From a bacterium (lineage in GTDB: Bacteria; Chloroflexota; Dormibacteria; Aeolococcales; Bog-877), in contig JAJYXT010000051.1 of the NCBI GenBank assembly GCA_021801645.1, forward strand, positions 1,451 through 65,450: 64,000 nt of DNA, given 5' to 3'. Below are positions 38,433 through 46,695 of the stretch, in pieces. The position numbers and the translations under genes are program-made. Numbering within the stretch: the first letter of the stretch is position 1; every line of letters begins with the position of its first letter. The notes under the pieces were generated by a model that was given only the letters and a program-made list of their open reading frames with translations, ran no database searches and was not told the origin of the DNA.

Positions 38433-38863
38433 GGCAAGCCCAGGGCAGGAGTCCCAGACCTGCGAGCGATCAGGCCGGCTCGCCGACCCCTAACCGCGGA
38501 TGATACATCTGTTCTTCCACCCTCCGCTCCCGCAATCCGATCAGCGGTCTGGAGCGCCCTCGGCGAAGTGGGCGGGCGGCCGGGCACGGAGGCCGACCCA
38601 CGCCACGAGGCGCACCCAAACCCCGTCAGATGAGCCAGCTCCTCGGCCCAGTCGCAGCCCCAGGGAACGCCCAACGAGATCGGCGGCGCTCCGCCCACAA
38701 GATCCGAGGCGCCGCCCTTCACGGCGTGAACCGGCAGGTGCGGCCTCCGGCCCGGGACGCCTGGCCGCCGGGCCGGAGATGGCCCAGGCAGATGCCGCCG
38801 CCATAGGGGTGGGTCCGGGTGGCCTGGGACCCTGTCCCGCTGCTCGGTGGTACATGAGATCGG

Positions 38864-38895
38864 CCTAATGTTCACCTAATCATCGACTCATCGAC
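38864..38895 (+). promoter_or_regulatory. Direct-repeat element upstream of the two-component operon (candidate response-regulator site)
   Basis: CCTAAT occurs at 38864-38869 and 38875-38880 (11-bp phasing). CATCGAC follows at 38881-38887 and 38889-38895. A palindrome TCGACG-n8-CGTCGA lies at 38891-38910. The stretch is locally AT-richer than its surroundings. Confidence 0.35.
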
Positions 38896-38929
38896 GGGTC
38901 CCATCGTCGAGCCCGGAGGTACCCGACCA

Positions 38930-39244
38930 TTGCTCCCGATCCCCCTGCCGTCCCACATCCCCAGGGCCGCCTGGCTGTTCCTGGTGGTGGGGTGCGCCTT
39001 GGCGGTGGCACTCCTGCTCGGCCCCAACCTGACCGTGCGGCCGAGCACTGTTCCTTCGGCGGTGCGACTTGGCTCCAGCAGCCCCTCAGCGGCTCCATCC
39101 CCCCTCACCGGCGTCTCGGTCGCCGGCGAGCCGGTGGAGACCGTCACTCCCCCGGCTCCGGTGATCACGGTGCCCACGCCGGAGTCGACAGACGGAAAGG
39201 GTGGCTGCTCGGGCGGAGATTCCTGCTCTGGAAGCGACGGCTGA
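38930..39244 (+). CDS. Small exported/membrane-anchored Pro/Ser-rich protein with a Gly/Cys-rich C-terminus (hypothetical)
   Basis: The TTG start lies 10 nt after GGAGG (38915-38919). It has an N-terminal hydrophobic helix (AAWLFLVVGCALAVALLL), a P/S/T/V-rich linker, and ends GKGGCSGGDSCSGSDG. No homology is recognised. Confidence 0.35.
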   Translation: MLPIPLPSHIPRAAWLFLVVGCALAVALLLGPNLTVRPSTVPSAVRLGSSSPSAAPSPLTGVSVAGEPVETVTPPAPVITVPTPESTDGKGGCSGGDSCSGSDG

Positions 39245-39305
39245 GACCCGCCAGGGACTGGGCACGCTGGAGGTGGCGGGGACCGCGGAGGCGGGGAGAG
39301 CAAAC

Positions 39306-40727
39306 GTGGGTCGGGGTCCGAGGCTGGGCACCGCGGCGCGGCTTCTCCTGCTTCACGCCTTCGTGCTGGCCCTGGTCCTGGGGGTTGTCCTCGTGCAGGT
39401 GGTCCGGGACTTCTCCGCCCATTACCAGAACACCGTCCTGGCGGATCTGGGGGATGAGCTGAGCGGCTATGCCGCCTCGTTCGGCACCCGCACCCCGGGG
39501 CAGAGCCTCGAGGCCTTCAGCCGGGGATACCTCCTCACCCACCCCCTTCCACCGGGAGAGGTGCTGCTGATCGCCGTAAGCCACCAGCCGGTGCTGGGAT
39601 CCGGAGCGGCGGCTGAGCTGTCCAGGGCGCCTCTCGTCCGCCGCACCCTGCTGAACCCTCCCCGGACCACCAGGACCATGAATCTCTCCCTGGGCACCAC
39701 CCCCTACCTGGCCCTGGCCAGCCCGATAGTGGAGGCCGGGAAGGTCCGAGGAGTGGTCATCGCCGCCGGCAGCCTGGGCCGCCTCCAGAGTGAGACTGAC
39801 CAGGTGGCGCTGCTCGCCGCCGCGGAGGCGGCCGTAGCCCTTGTGGTCGCACTCCTCAGCGCTTACCTCATCCTCAGGCGGGTGCTGCGCACCGTGGGGG
39901 CGCTGACCCAGACGGCGGTGGAGGCCAGTTCGGGCGACCTGACCCGCCGCGTTGGATACCGGGGGGCGGACGACGAGGTCGGGCGGATGGCCGCGGCCTT
40001 CGACGAGCTCCTGGGCCGGATCTCGGCGACCGTGGCCGCCCAGCGCGCCCTGCTCTCAGACGTCTCGCACCAGCTGCGGACGCCGCTCACCATCGCCAAG
40101 GGGCACCTGGAGGTGCTGCGGAGAGGTGGCGCCCTCGATCCAGACGAGGTGGCGGAGACGACCGCCGTGGTGGTGGAAGAGCTGGACCAGATGAGCGCCA
40201 TGGTTGACCAGCTGCTCCTGCTCGGGCACTCCCTGGAGCCGGATTTCATCCAGCGGGAGCTGGTGGACCTCAGGTCGTTCATGGCCGACCTCTCGGCCGC
40301 GGCCCAGGTTCTGGCCCCACGGCACTGGATGCTGGATCCGGTGCCGGACGCGGTGCTGGTAGTCGATCCGGCCAAGCTCCGCGGCGCCCTGCTCAACCTG
40401 CTGGACAACGCGGTCAAGGCCACGGTGGAGGGAGACTCCATCACTCTGGGCGCGAGCTGCGGGCCGGGGGTCCGCCTCTCCGTCACTGACACCGGGTCTG
40501 GCATCGACCCCGAGCTCCAGGAAGCGGTCTTCGACCGCTTCCGCCGGGGCGCCCAGGGGGGCCAGCGGGGAGCCGGGCTGGGACTGGCGATCGTCAAGGC
40601 CGTGGTCGAGGGCCACGGTGGTCACGTGGAGTTGAGCAGCGCTCCGGGACGCGGGACCTCGGTCGTCCTGGTGCTGCCACCGGCGTGCCTCTGGGCCGGG
40701 GCCCCGGACGATGAGGGGGTGCAATGA
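39306..40727 (+). CDS. Sensor histidine kinase (two TM, HAMP, HisKA, HATPase_c)
   Basis: The H-box is SDVSHQLRTPLT, the N-box LLDNAVKAT, and the G-boxes DTGSGI and GAGLGLAIV. Start chosen at the GTG at 39306 after GGGGAGAG; the track ORF start at 39201 is also possible. Confidence 0.85.
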   Translation: MGRGPRLGTAARLLLLHAFVLALVLGVVLVQVVRDFSAHYQNTVLADLGDELSGYAASFGTRTPGQSLEAFSRGYLLTHPLPPGEVLLIAVSHQPVLGSGAAAELSRAPLVRRTLLNPPRTTRTMNLSLGTTPYLALASPIVEAGKVRGVVIAAGSLGRLQSETDQVALLAAAEAAVALVVALLSAYLILRRVLRTVGALTQTAVEASSGDLTRRVGYRGADDEVGRMAAAFDELLGRISATVAAQRALLSDVSHQLRTPLTIAKGHLEVLRRGGALDPDEVAETTAVVVEELDQMSAMVDQLLLLGHSLEPDFIQRELVDLRSFMADLSAAAQVLAPRHWMLDPVPDAVLVVDPAKLRGALLNLLDNAVKATVEGDSITLGASCGPGVRLSVTDTGSGIDPELQEAVFDRFRRGAQGGQRGAGLGLAIVKAVVEGHGGHVELSSAPGRGTSVVLVLPPACLWAGAPDDEGVQ

Positions 40728-41413
40728 TCCTGCTGGTGGAGGACGACGCCCGAATCGCCGCCTTTCTCGCCAAGGGCCTGCAGGCGGAGGGGTACGCGGT
40801 CACCCGAGCGCCCGATGCCCGCACCGCCCTGGGTGTGGTGGATGCCAGTGGCGAGGATCTGGATCTGGCGCTCCTCGACCTCGGTCTCCCCGACCGAGAC
40901 GGGCTCGAGGTTCTCCGGCTCTGGAGGGTCCGCCGGCCCGGGCTCCCGGTGATCATCCTCACCGCCCGTGACGACGTCGCCAGCAAGGTGGCCGGGCTGG
41001 ACGCCGGGGCCACCGACTACGTGACCAAGCCGTTCTCCTTCGACGAGCTGCTGGCGCGGGTGCGGGCCGTGCTCCGGACCAAGGAGCAGACGGTGTCCAC
41101 CGAGCTGGAGGTGGGCGACCTCAGGCTGGACCTGCTATCCAAGGTGGCGTTCCGGGCCGACCGCCGCATCGAGCTGGCCCACCGAGAGTGGGCGCTCCTG
41201 GAGCTCTTCATGCGCCACCCCAATCAGGTGCTGTCTCGCACCCAGATTCTGAACCGGGTGTGGGAGTACGACTTTGATCCGGGCAGCAATGTGGTCGATG
41301 TCTACGTGAGCTACCTGCGACGGAAGCTGAATCGAGAAGGCCTCGCCCCACTGATCCACACGGTCCGCGGCGCCGGGTACCGGCTGCTTCCGGTTCCCGG
41401 CCAGGGGAACTGA
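40724..41413 (+). CDS. OmpR/PhoB-family response regulator
   Basis: MILLVEDD and LDLGLPDRDG form the receiver. The winged-helix region is LSRTQILNRVW...VHTVRGAGYRL. There is a 4-nt overlap with the kinase stop. Confidence 0.9.
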   Translation: MILLVEDDARIAAFLAKGLQAEGYAVTRAPDARTALGVVDASGEDLDLALLDLGLPDRDGLEVLRLWRVRRPGLPVIILTARDDVASKVAGLDAGATDYVTKPFSFDELLARVRAVLRTKEQTVSTELEVGDLRLDLLSKVAFRADRRIELAHREWALLELFMRHPNQVLSRTQILNRVWEYDFDPGSNVVDVYVSYLRRKLNREGLAPLIHTVRGAGYRLLPVPGQGN

Positions 41414-41454
41414 AGGTAATCTAATCCCCCTCCCACGATCAGCTCATCCCCACG

Positions 41455-42081
41455 GTGAATCCTCGAAGGAGCGCACGGAGCGCCTCTTGGAGGAGACCGA
41501 TGATGAGAACAGCAGCGGCAAGTGTCGCGATCGGAGCGGTGGCGGTGGCGGGAGGGGTCTGGGCCGCCACCCGGGGTGGCGGCGCCACTTCCGTCCCCAC
41601 CCGGGTCAGCCTGGTGGCGGCGAACAGCCCGGCCGCGGCCGCCGACCAGGCAGCCCTGACCTATGTCAGCCAGAACTACCCCGGGGCGGGAGCGGCCAAG
41701 GTGTTGCGGACGGAGGCGGACACGGAGCACGGTGTTGCGGTCTACGACGTCGTGGTCCTGGCACCGAATGGCGCCACCTACTCCCTGTCGGTGCGTGCCA
41801 GCAATGACTCGGTGCTGGCCGCCCACCTGAGCGAATCCAGCCCCACGCCGCTGGGCACCCTTACCGGCCCCACTCCGACGTCGGCTGAGACCCCCGACGC
41901 GAGCCGGACGCCGGAGCCCACGGATACCCCCGATGCCCAGCAGACTCCGGAGCCTCAGCAGACCCCGGAGGCCCACCAGACTCCCGAGGCCACGGCGACA
42001 CCGGCAGGCTCGGGGAGCAGCCCCGACCAGAACGGCTCTGGCGGTGACTCGGGCCAGTCGCCGCAGCCCTCGGACGGCTGA
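41455..42081 (+). CDS. PepSY-domain exported protein with a hexapeptide-repeat tail
   Basis: It has a signal/TM segment (AAASVAIGAVAVAGGVWA). The PepSY-like core is DQAALTYVSQNYPGAGAAKVLRTEADTEHGVAVYDVVVLAPNGATYSLSV, followed by the repeat tail. The start could be the internal MM at about 41500. Confidence 0.6.
   Translation: MNPRRSARSASWRRPMMRTAAASVAIGAVAVAGGVWAATRGGGATSVPTRVSLVAANSPAAAADQAALTYVSQNYPGAGAAKVLRTEADTEHGVAVYDVVVLAPNGATYSLSVRASNDSVLAAHLSESSPTPLGTLTGPTPTSAETPDASRTPEPTDTPDAQQTPEPQQTPEAHQTPEATATPAGSGSSPDQNGSGGDSGQSPQPSDG
41884..42009 (+). repeat. Seven imperfect 18-nt tandem repeats (xxTP[ED][AP] hexapeptides) inside the PepSY gene
   Basis: Reading in frame gives AETPDA, SRTPEP, TDTPDA, QQTPEP, QQTPEA, HQTPEA, TATPAG. 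The DNA units are CAGCAGAC(T/C)CCGGAGSCY-like. Confidence 0.8.
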
Positions 42082-42085
42082 TCTG

Positions 42086-42117
42086 GGTGGGTGGGAGGCT
42101 GCGGCCTCCCACCCACC
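42086..42117. terminator. Strong GC hairpin between convergent genes (candidate bidirectional terminator)
   Basis: This is a perfect 14-bp inverted repeat, GGTGGGTGGGAGGC-tgcg-GCCTCCCACCCACC, starting 5 nt after the PepSY stop. There is no U-tract, as is common in high-GC genomes. Confidence 0.55.
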
Positions 42118-42382
42118 GCCGGCGGTGGAGCTGATCGCTGTCGTATCCGCGCTGCGGGTGCGTCGCACCGCGGGCAGAAGCGATGTCGGGCGGGGCGGGC
42201 GGGAGCAGCCACAGCTCTAGCGATCGAGACCCCCGCGCCCTGCAGCCGGGATCTCGGGACCGGCACCCGATGAGCCGCTCGCACTGGCCCCCGGCTGCAC
42301 CCCACCAACCGTCAGAATGTCGCCGTCCACGGTCCGGTGCGCCGCATGAGAGGCGGGTGGCACGCCGTCTCGACCCTAACCC

Positions 42383-44386
42383 TCAGCCGGTGCCCGGATG
42401 GGTAGGGGTCGCACCTCCCGCCATGAGGACGTCGAATCCGTCCGGCTCAACCAGGTAGCCCGGCGCGGTGCCAGGCACCCCCTTGACGCCGTACTGCCAG
42501 ACCGACGCCCCGGTCGCCGGGTCGATGGCGATCATGCGGTCGTTCTGGTCGTCGTTGAGCATGAACACGCCGCTGGGAAGCAGCTCGACCAGCGACGGGT
42601 GGTTCAGGGCACCCGGCCCGGAGCTCACCTGATAGCGGTAGAGCGTCTGGCCCTGGCTGTTGAACTCCAGGATCACCCCGGGGTTGGTGTATCCGGCGAT
42701 GAGATAGGTGGCGGCCCCGATCTGCTGGGGATCCGATGGGTAGGTCAGGTTGAGCCGGGCCGCCCACACCAGATGGCCCTGCGGGGTGTACTCGCTCACC
42801 CACCCCCCGCTGATCTCGGAGATCAGGAAGTTACCGTTGGGCAGAGGGGTGTCGCCGTTGGGAGACCCCAGGTGGGTGGGAGGGGCGTGCACGCAGGACC
42901 TGGTGGTACCGATCTGGCTGGCGATCGATCCATTGGGGTTGATGATCAGGATTCGACAGTTGGCGATGTCGGCCACCGAGACCTGCCCGGACTTCAGCTG
43001 GAAGGCGTCATCCGGGGTGTTGAGATATCCCGGAGCACTCCCGGCCACCCCCGGGTGGCCGTAGGTCCAGAGGACCTTGCCAGAGGGGTAGGCGATCTTC
43101 ACGATCTCCTGGTAGCTCTCCATGTTCATGATGATGCTGGTGCCCTGGTTGGCGAAGAAGGCGTCGTCGGGGTAGAAGAAGCCCCCCGAGGGCGGGGGGG
43201 CGGAGGGATTGGGGTAGGTCCAGATGACCTGTCCCTCCGGGTTGAGCAGCAGAATCCGGTTGGCGCCGGCGTCGGCGATCAGCAGGTTGCCGCCAAAATA
43301 CGGTGAGCCCGCACCGGCCTCCCCGGCCATCCCGAACCCAGAGTTGGGGATCAGCATCTGCACCGCCGACACCGGGCCCTGGGCGGCCTCCCCGCCCACC
43401 AACCACGCGCGCTCCCCCAGCACGGCGATGGCGGCGTGGGAAACGGGGACCCGGAGCTGGCCGGCGGCGAGGAGCTGGTAGGACCGGGGGTCAAAGGCCC
43501 AGATGGTGCCATTGGGGGCGGTCCCCCCCACCGCCGAGGTCTCACCTCCGGCCACGTAAACCGTGCCGGCGAGGGTGGCAGCGCTGGCGCCGGTGAGCGG
43601 CTCGGGGAGGGATCCGACAACGCGGGCGGCTCCGGTGGCCGGGTCGATCTGCTGGACGGCGGCGGTGGGCTCCCCGTCCGCCGTCTGACCGCCGAAGACG
43701 TAGATGAGGCCGCCCAGCACGGCGACCGCGGGGTAGCGCACGGGTACCGGGAGCGGGGCGACGTCCTTGAAGGTCGCTCCGTCGGTGGTGGCGAGAACCG
43801 CGGCATCGAACGAGCTCCCGTCGTAGCCGCCGATCACGTAGGCCGTCCCCCCGATGGTCACGGCGGCGGAATCGGAGCGGGCCTGGGGAAGGGTGCCGGC
43901 TGGGATCGCAGACCCAAGTGCGGCGGGAAGCCGCTGCACCGCGGCCGAGCTGGCCACCACGCCTCCGCCGAAGACCACCGGCTGACCGCCCAGAACCACC
44001 CCAGCGGCGTCATGGAGGGGGCCCAGCAGGGCGCCGGAACCGGAGAGTGCTCCGTTGGAGGTGCTCAGGGTGAAGACACCGGACGCTGATCCCCCCCCGG
44101 CCTCGAGGCCTCCCAGGATGGTCAGCTGGCCCGCTCCCGGTCCCGGCAGAAGGACCTCGCGGCTGATGGGGTTGGGAAGTGACCAGGGCAGGACCCCGGA
44201 CTCGGCGGCGGGCATCTGCAGGGGTGCGGCGGACGGGGAGGGAAGCGGTGGGGAAGGTTTGGCAACCTTGACCGGATGGGTGGCACACCCCGCGGCGCTG
44301 AGCGCCAGAGCCCCCATGGCGCCGAGAGCGGCCAGGAACCGCTGTGGTCGCGAAGGGCTGCGCAGTGTTGCTGGGGGGCGACTCAT
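42383..44386 (-). CDS. Lipoprotein with Kelch-type repeats and a second beta-propeller-like (arylsulfotransferase/NHL-like) domain
   Basis: Trimmed to the ATG at 44384-44386. The lipobox is ALALSAAGC. Kelch-like units include GGTAYVIGGYDG, GGLIYVFGGQ and AGTVYVAGGE. The C-terminal half has repeated VIWTY / VLWTYGHPGVAGSAPGY / SVWQYGVKGVPGTAPGY blades. Confidence 0.7.
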   Translation of the reverse strand: MSRPPATLRSPSRPQRFLAALGAMGALALSAAGCATHPVKVAKPSPPLPSPSAAPLQMPAAESGVLPWSLPNPISREVLLPGPGAGQLTILGGLEAGGGSASGVFTLSTSNGALSGSGALLGPLHDAAGVVLGGQPVVFGGGVVASSAAVQRLPAALGSAIPAGTLPQARSDSAAVTIGGTAYVIGGYDGSSFDAAVLATTDGATFKDVAPLPVPVRYPAVAVLGGLIYVFGGQTADGEPTAAVQQIDPATGAARVVGSLPEPLTGASAATLAGTVYVAGGETSAVGGTAPNGTIWAFDPRSYQLLAAGQLRVPVSHAAIAVLGERAWLVGGEAAQGPVSAVQMLIPNSGFGMAGEAGAGSPYFGGNLLIADAGANRILLLNPEGQVIWTYPNPSAPPPSGGFFYPDDAFFANQGTSIIMNMESYQEIVKIAYPSGKVLWTYGHPGVAGSAPGYLNTPDDAFQLKSGQVSVADIANCRILIINPNGSIASQIGTTRSCVHAPPTHLGSPNGDTPLPNGNFLISEISGGWVSEYTPQGHLVWAARLNLTYPSDPQQIGAATYLIAGYTNPGVILEFNSQGQTLYRYQVSSGPGALNHPSLVELLPSGVFMLNDDQNDRMIAIDPATGASVWQYGVKGVPGTAPGYLVEPDGFDVLMAGGATPTHPGTG

Positions 44387-44570
44387 CAGGACTCCGGGGG
44401 GCGGGCTCCCATCGGGGGGGCGGGTATTCCCTGGGCGAAGCTTGTTCGGCGTGAGGCAGGTGAACCGGCGCCGGCCGCGGTGCTCTCTCGACATGCATCC
44501 GCCCCGCCGGGAATGGCTGCTGGCAGGTTAGCCGAGCATCCTGAGGATTAGCTGGGCGGGCGCCTCGCTG

Positions 44571-45398
44571 GTGGGTAGTACCGTGGCGCCGGTGCACGCC
44601 CGATCACTGGCATTCCGCACCGACCTAATGGTCCTGCGCCTCGCCGGAGCCGAGGTGGAGGACCGCGGGGACCACCTGGTGGTGCGCACGCCCCTCAACC
44701 CATATTTCTATTGGGGAAACTTCATCCTCCTTTCCGGCACGGCGCCGGTGCAGGACGCTTCCCGGTGGCTCCGGACCTTCCGGAGGGCCTTCCCGGTAGC
44801 CCGGCATGTGGCGATCGGTTGGGACCGCGGCTCGGAGCGCTGCTCCAGCCGCCTCCGTCCCCTGATCCAAGCAGGGCTGGAGCTGACCGTGGATCAGGTC
44901 CTGCTCGCCAAGACGCTCACCTCCCCCCGGCTCCCTCCGCCCGAAATCGTGGTGCGCCCGCTGGCTGGAGAGGACGACTGGGAGGGGCAGGGGCGCCTCA
45001 CGGCAGCATGCTGGTCGGGCGCGGGAAGCCAGGAGTTCCAGTCCGCCCGGCAGGCGGACTTTCGGCGGCTGGAAGCCACCGGTCGTGCGGTCTTCTTCGG
45101 TGCCTTCCGGAGGGGGGAGCTGGTCTCCGGGTGCGGGATCGTGAGTGGGAGGGGAGGTACCGCCCGCTTCCAGCACGTGCAGACCCATCCGGAGCACCGG
45201 CGCCGAGGGCTCGCCGCCGCCGTTCTACTCACGGCGTCCCGCCACGCCGCAGCCCACCTTTCGGCGCGACGGCTGGTGATCGTGGCGGAGCCGGGTGGGC
45301 CGGCCCTCCCCCTCTACCGGGAGCTGGGCTTCAGGCCGGCGGGATCACAGCTGCAGCTCACCGCCGCCCCCGTCGCCGAGCCGACCACACCCGGGTGA
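44571..45398 (+). CDS. GNAT-family N-acetyltransferase
   Basis: The C-terminal acetyl-CoA motif is FQHVQTHPEHRRRGLAAAVL (Q/RxxGxG/A-like). GTG start. Confidence 0.6.
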   Translation: MGSTVAPVHARSLAFRTDLMVLRLAGAEVEDRGDHLVVRTPLNPYFYWGNFILLSGTAPVQDASRWLRTFRRAFPVARHVAIGWDRGSERCSSRLRPLIQAGLELTVDQVLLAKTLTSPRLPPPEIVVRPLAGEDDWEGQGRLTAACWSGAGSQEFQSARQADFRRLEATGRAVFFGAFRRGELVSGCGIVSGRGGTARFQHVQTHPEHRRRGLAAAVLLTASRHAAAHLSARRLVIVAEPGGPALPLYRELGFRPAGSQLQLTAAPVAEPTTPG

Positions 45399-45473
45399 TT
45401 TCCCCCTGGGGATCGGCGGCGGTTGGGTCTAGGCTCGCGCTGGGGTCTCTGGCCCCGCAGGAGAGTCGGAGGG

Positions 45474-45971
45474 ATGCGCATGGATACCGAGACCGCACTG
45501 CCGAGGGTGTGGGAGGTCATGAGCCGGGACGTGGTCTCCATCCCCAGCCACACGCCCCGGTCGGAGGCGGTGAGCACCCTGAGGAGGCGCGGGCTGGTCA
45601 CAGCCCCGGTGGTGAACGAGCACATGGAGGTGGTGGGAACCCTCGGTCCGCGTGAGCTCACCCGCCGGGGCGGCCACACCGTCGAGGACTTCATGGCGGT
45701 GCCGGCCCAGACTCTGGACGAGGAACGCCCGCTCACCGAGGCCGCCGACCTGCTCCTCAACCGCCGCCTCAGCAGCCTGCCGGTGGTCAGCCACGGGAAG
45801 TTGGTCGGGCGACTGTCCCGCACCGCCCTCGTCTCGTACCTCTGCCACCACGTGTGGGTATGTGGCCGCTGCGGCGCCTCCCAACGGGGGCTCACACCAC
45901 CACCCACCTGCCCCGAGTGCGGCGCCCCGGCGGCCGAGTTCCATCTCGAGGACTCCTGGCCCGGCCTCTGA
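45474..45971 (+). CDS. CBS-pair protein fused to a C-terminal Cys4 zinc ribbon
   Basis: Two CBS units are present (VMSRDVVSIPSH...APVVNEHMEVVGTL and FMAVPAQTLDEE...LPVVSHGKLVGRLS). They are followed by CGRCG-x14-CPECG. Confidence 0.7.
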   Translation: MRMDTETALPRVWEVMSRDVVSIPSHTPRSEAVSTLRRRGLVTAPVVNEHMEVVGTLGPRELTRRGGHTVEDFMAVPAQTLDEERPLTEAADLLLNRRLSSLPVVSHGKLVGRLSRTALVSYLCHHVWVCGRCGASQRGLTPPPTCPECGAPAAEFHLEDSWPGL

Positions 45972-46018
45972 GCGGCTCCCCTGTCGCGCCTCCCGTCGCC
46001 GCTGGTACGGTCTGGGCA

Positions 46019-46408
46019 GTGACGACCCTTCACCTCGCCCCCAAGGAGATGGCCGTGACTCGACTGGAGGTGGATGCAGAGATCCCCGCGTGGGCCTGGT
46101 CCCGAGGCTGGGCCAGCGTCAGCCGCACCGCGGACGAGGTATCCATCGTCCACTCCTGGGAGCTCTCGGCAGACGCGGGACGGCGCAGCGGACCGTGGCG
46201 GATGCTGAGCGTCGAGGGCCCGCTCGCCCACGACCTGGTCGGGGTGCTGCTGGCCCTGCTGGAGCCGCTGGCGCGGGCCGGCGTGCCGGTGTTCGTGATC
46301 TCGACCTTCGACACCGATCACGTCCTGGTCCCTGCCCCCCGGCTGGCGGCGGCCGTTGCGGCCCTCACGGGCGCGGGGCACCGGGTCGTGCCGATGCCGG
46401 AGGGCTAG
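46019..46408 (+). CDS. ACT-domain protein (ACT_7-like)
   Basis: Trimmed to the GTG at 46019 (VTTLHLAPKEMAVTRL). GPWRMLSVEGPLAHDLVGVLLALLEPLARAGVPVFVISTFDTDHVLV matches the small ACT protein pattern. Confidence 0.6.
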   Translation: MTTLHLAPKEMAVTRLEVDAEIPAWAWSRGWASVSRTADEVSIVHSWELSADAGRRSGPWRMLSVEGPLAHDLVGVLLALLEPLARAGVPVFVISTFDTDHVLVPAPRLAAAVAALTGAGHRVVPMPEG

Positions 46409-46434
46409 CCCAAGGGCGATCTGAGTGGTGGGCC

Positions 46435-46635
46435 CTAGGTCTTGCGGAGTGCCTGGTCCCGCCGCTTGTGGGTCCGGTGGAAGCGGAAGAGGGAGAGCAC
46501 GGTCCAGATGATGGCCAGGGCTATCACCACATGGATGATCAGCGATAGCGCGGGCAGCACCACAAAGAAGATCACGAAGAGGGCCACCAGGACCACCAGG
46601 ACCAGGGAGAGGGGATGGCGCAGGAGGTGAGTCAT
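46435..46635 (-). CDS. Small two-TM membrane protein (hypothetical)
   Basis: It is 66 aa with two clean hydrophobic helices and a basic C-terminus (RFHRTHKRRDQALRKT). GC content is lower than the surroundings. It lies directly downstream of the amidase on the same strand. Confidence 0.5.
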   Translation of the reverse strand: MTHLLRHPLSLVLVVLVALFVIFFVVLPALSLIIHVVIALAIIWTVLSLFRFHRTHKRRDQALRKT

Positions 46636-46695
46636 AGCCGGATGGTACGCCTCAGCCGGAATCCCGGCCCATTTGAGCGGCAGGCGGACTGGCCG

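Noticed and set aside
38120-38875. A 251-aa minus-strand ORF spanning the 38.4-38.9 kb gap and the 5' part of the MFS gene.
   Set aside because: It is out of frame with the MFS gene it overlaps, shows no motif, and has shadow-ORF composition. The gap is reported as non-coding or unknown instead.
42118-42382. Short ORFs (42183-42458 +, 41955-42308 -) in the convergent spacer after the terminator hairpin.
   Set aside because: There is no RBS, no motifs and biased composition. The position between two convergent 3' ends fits untranslated spacer.
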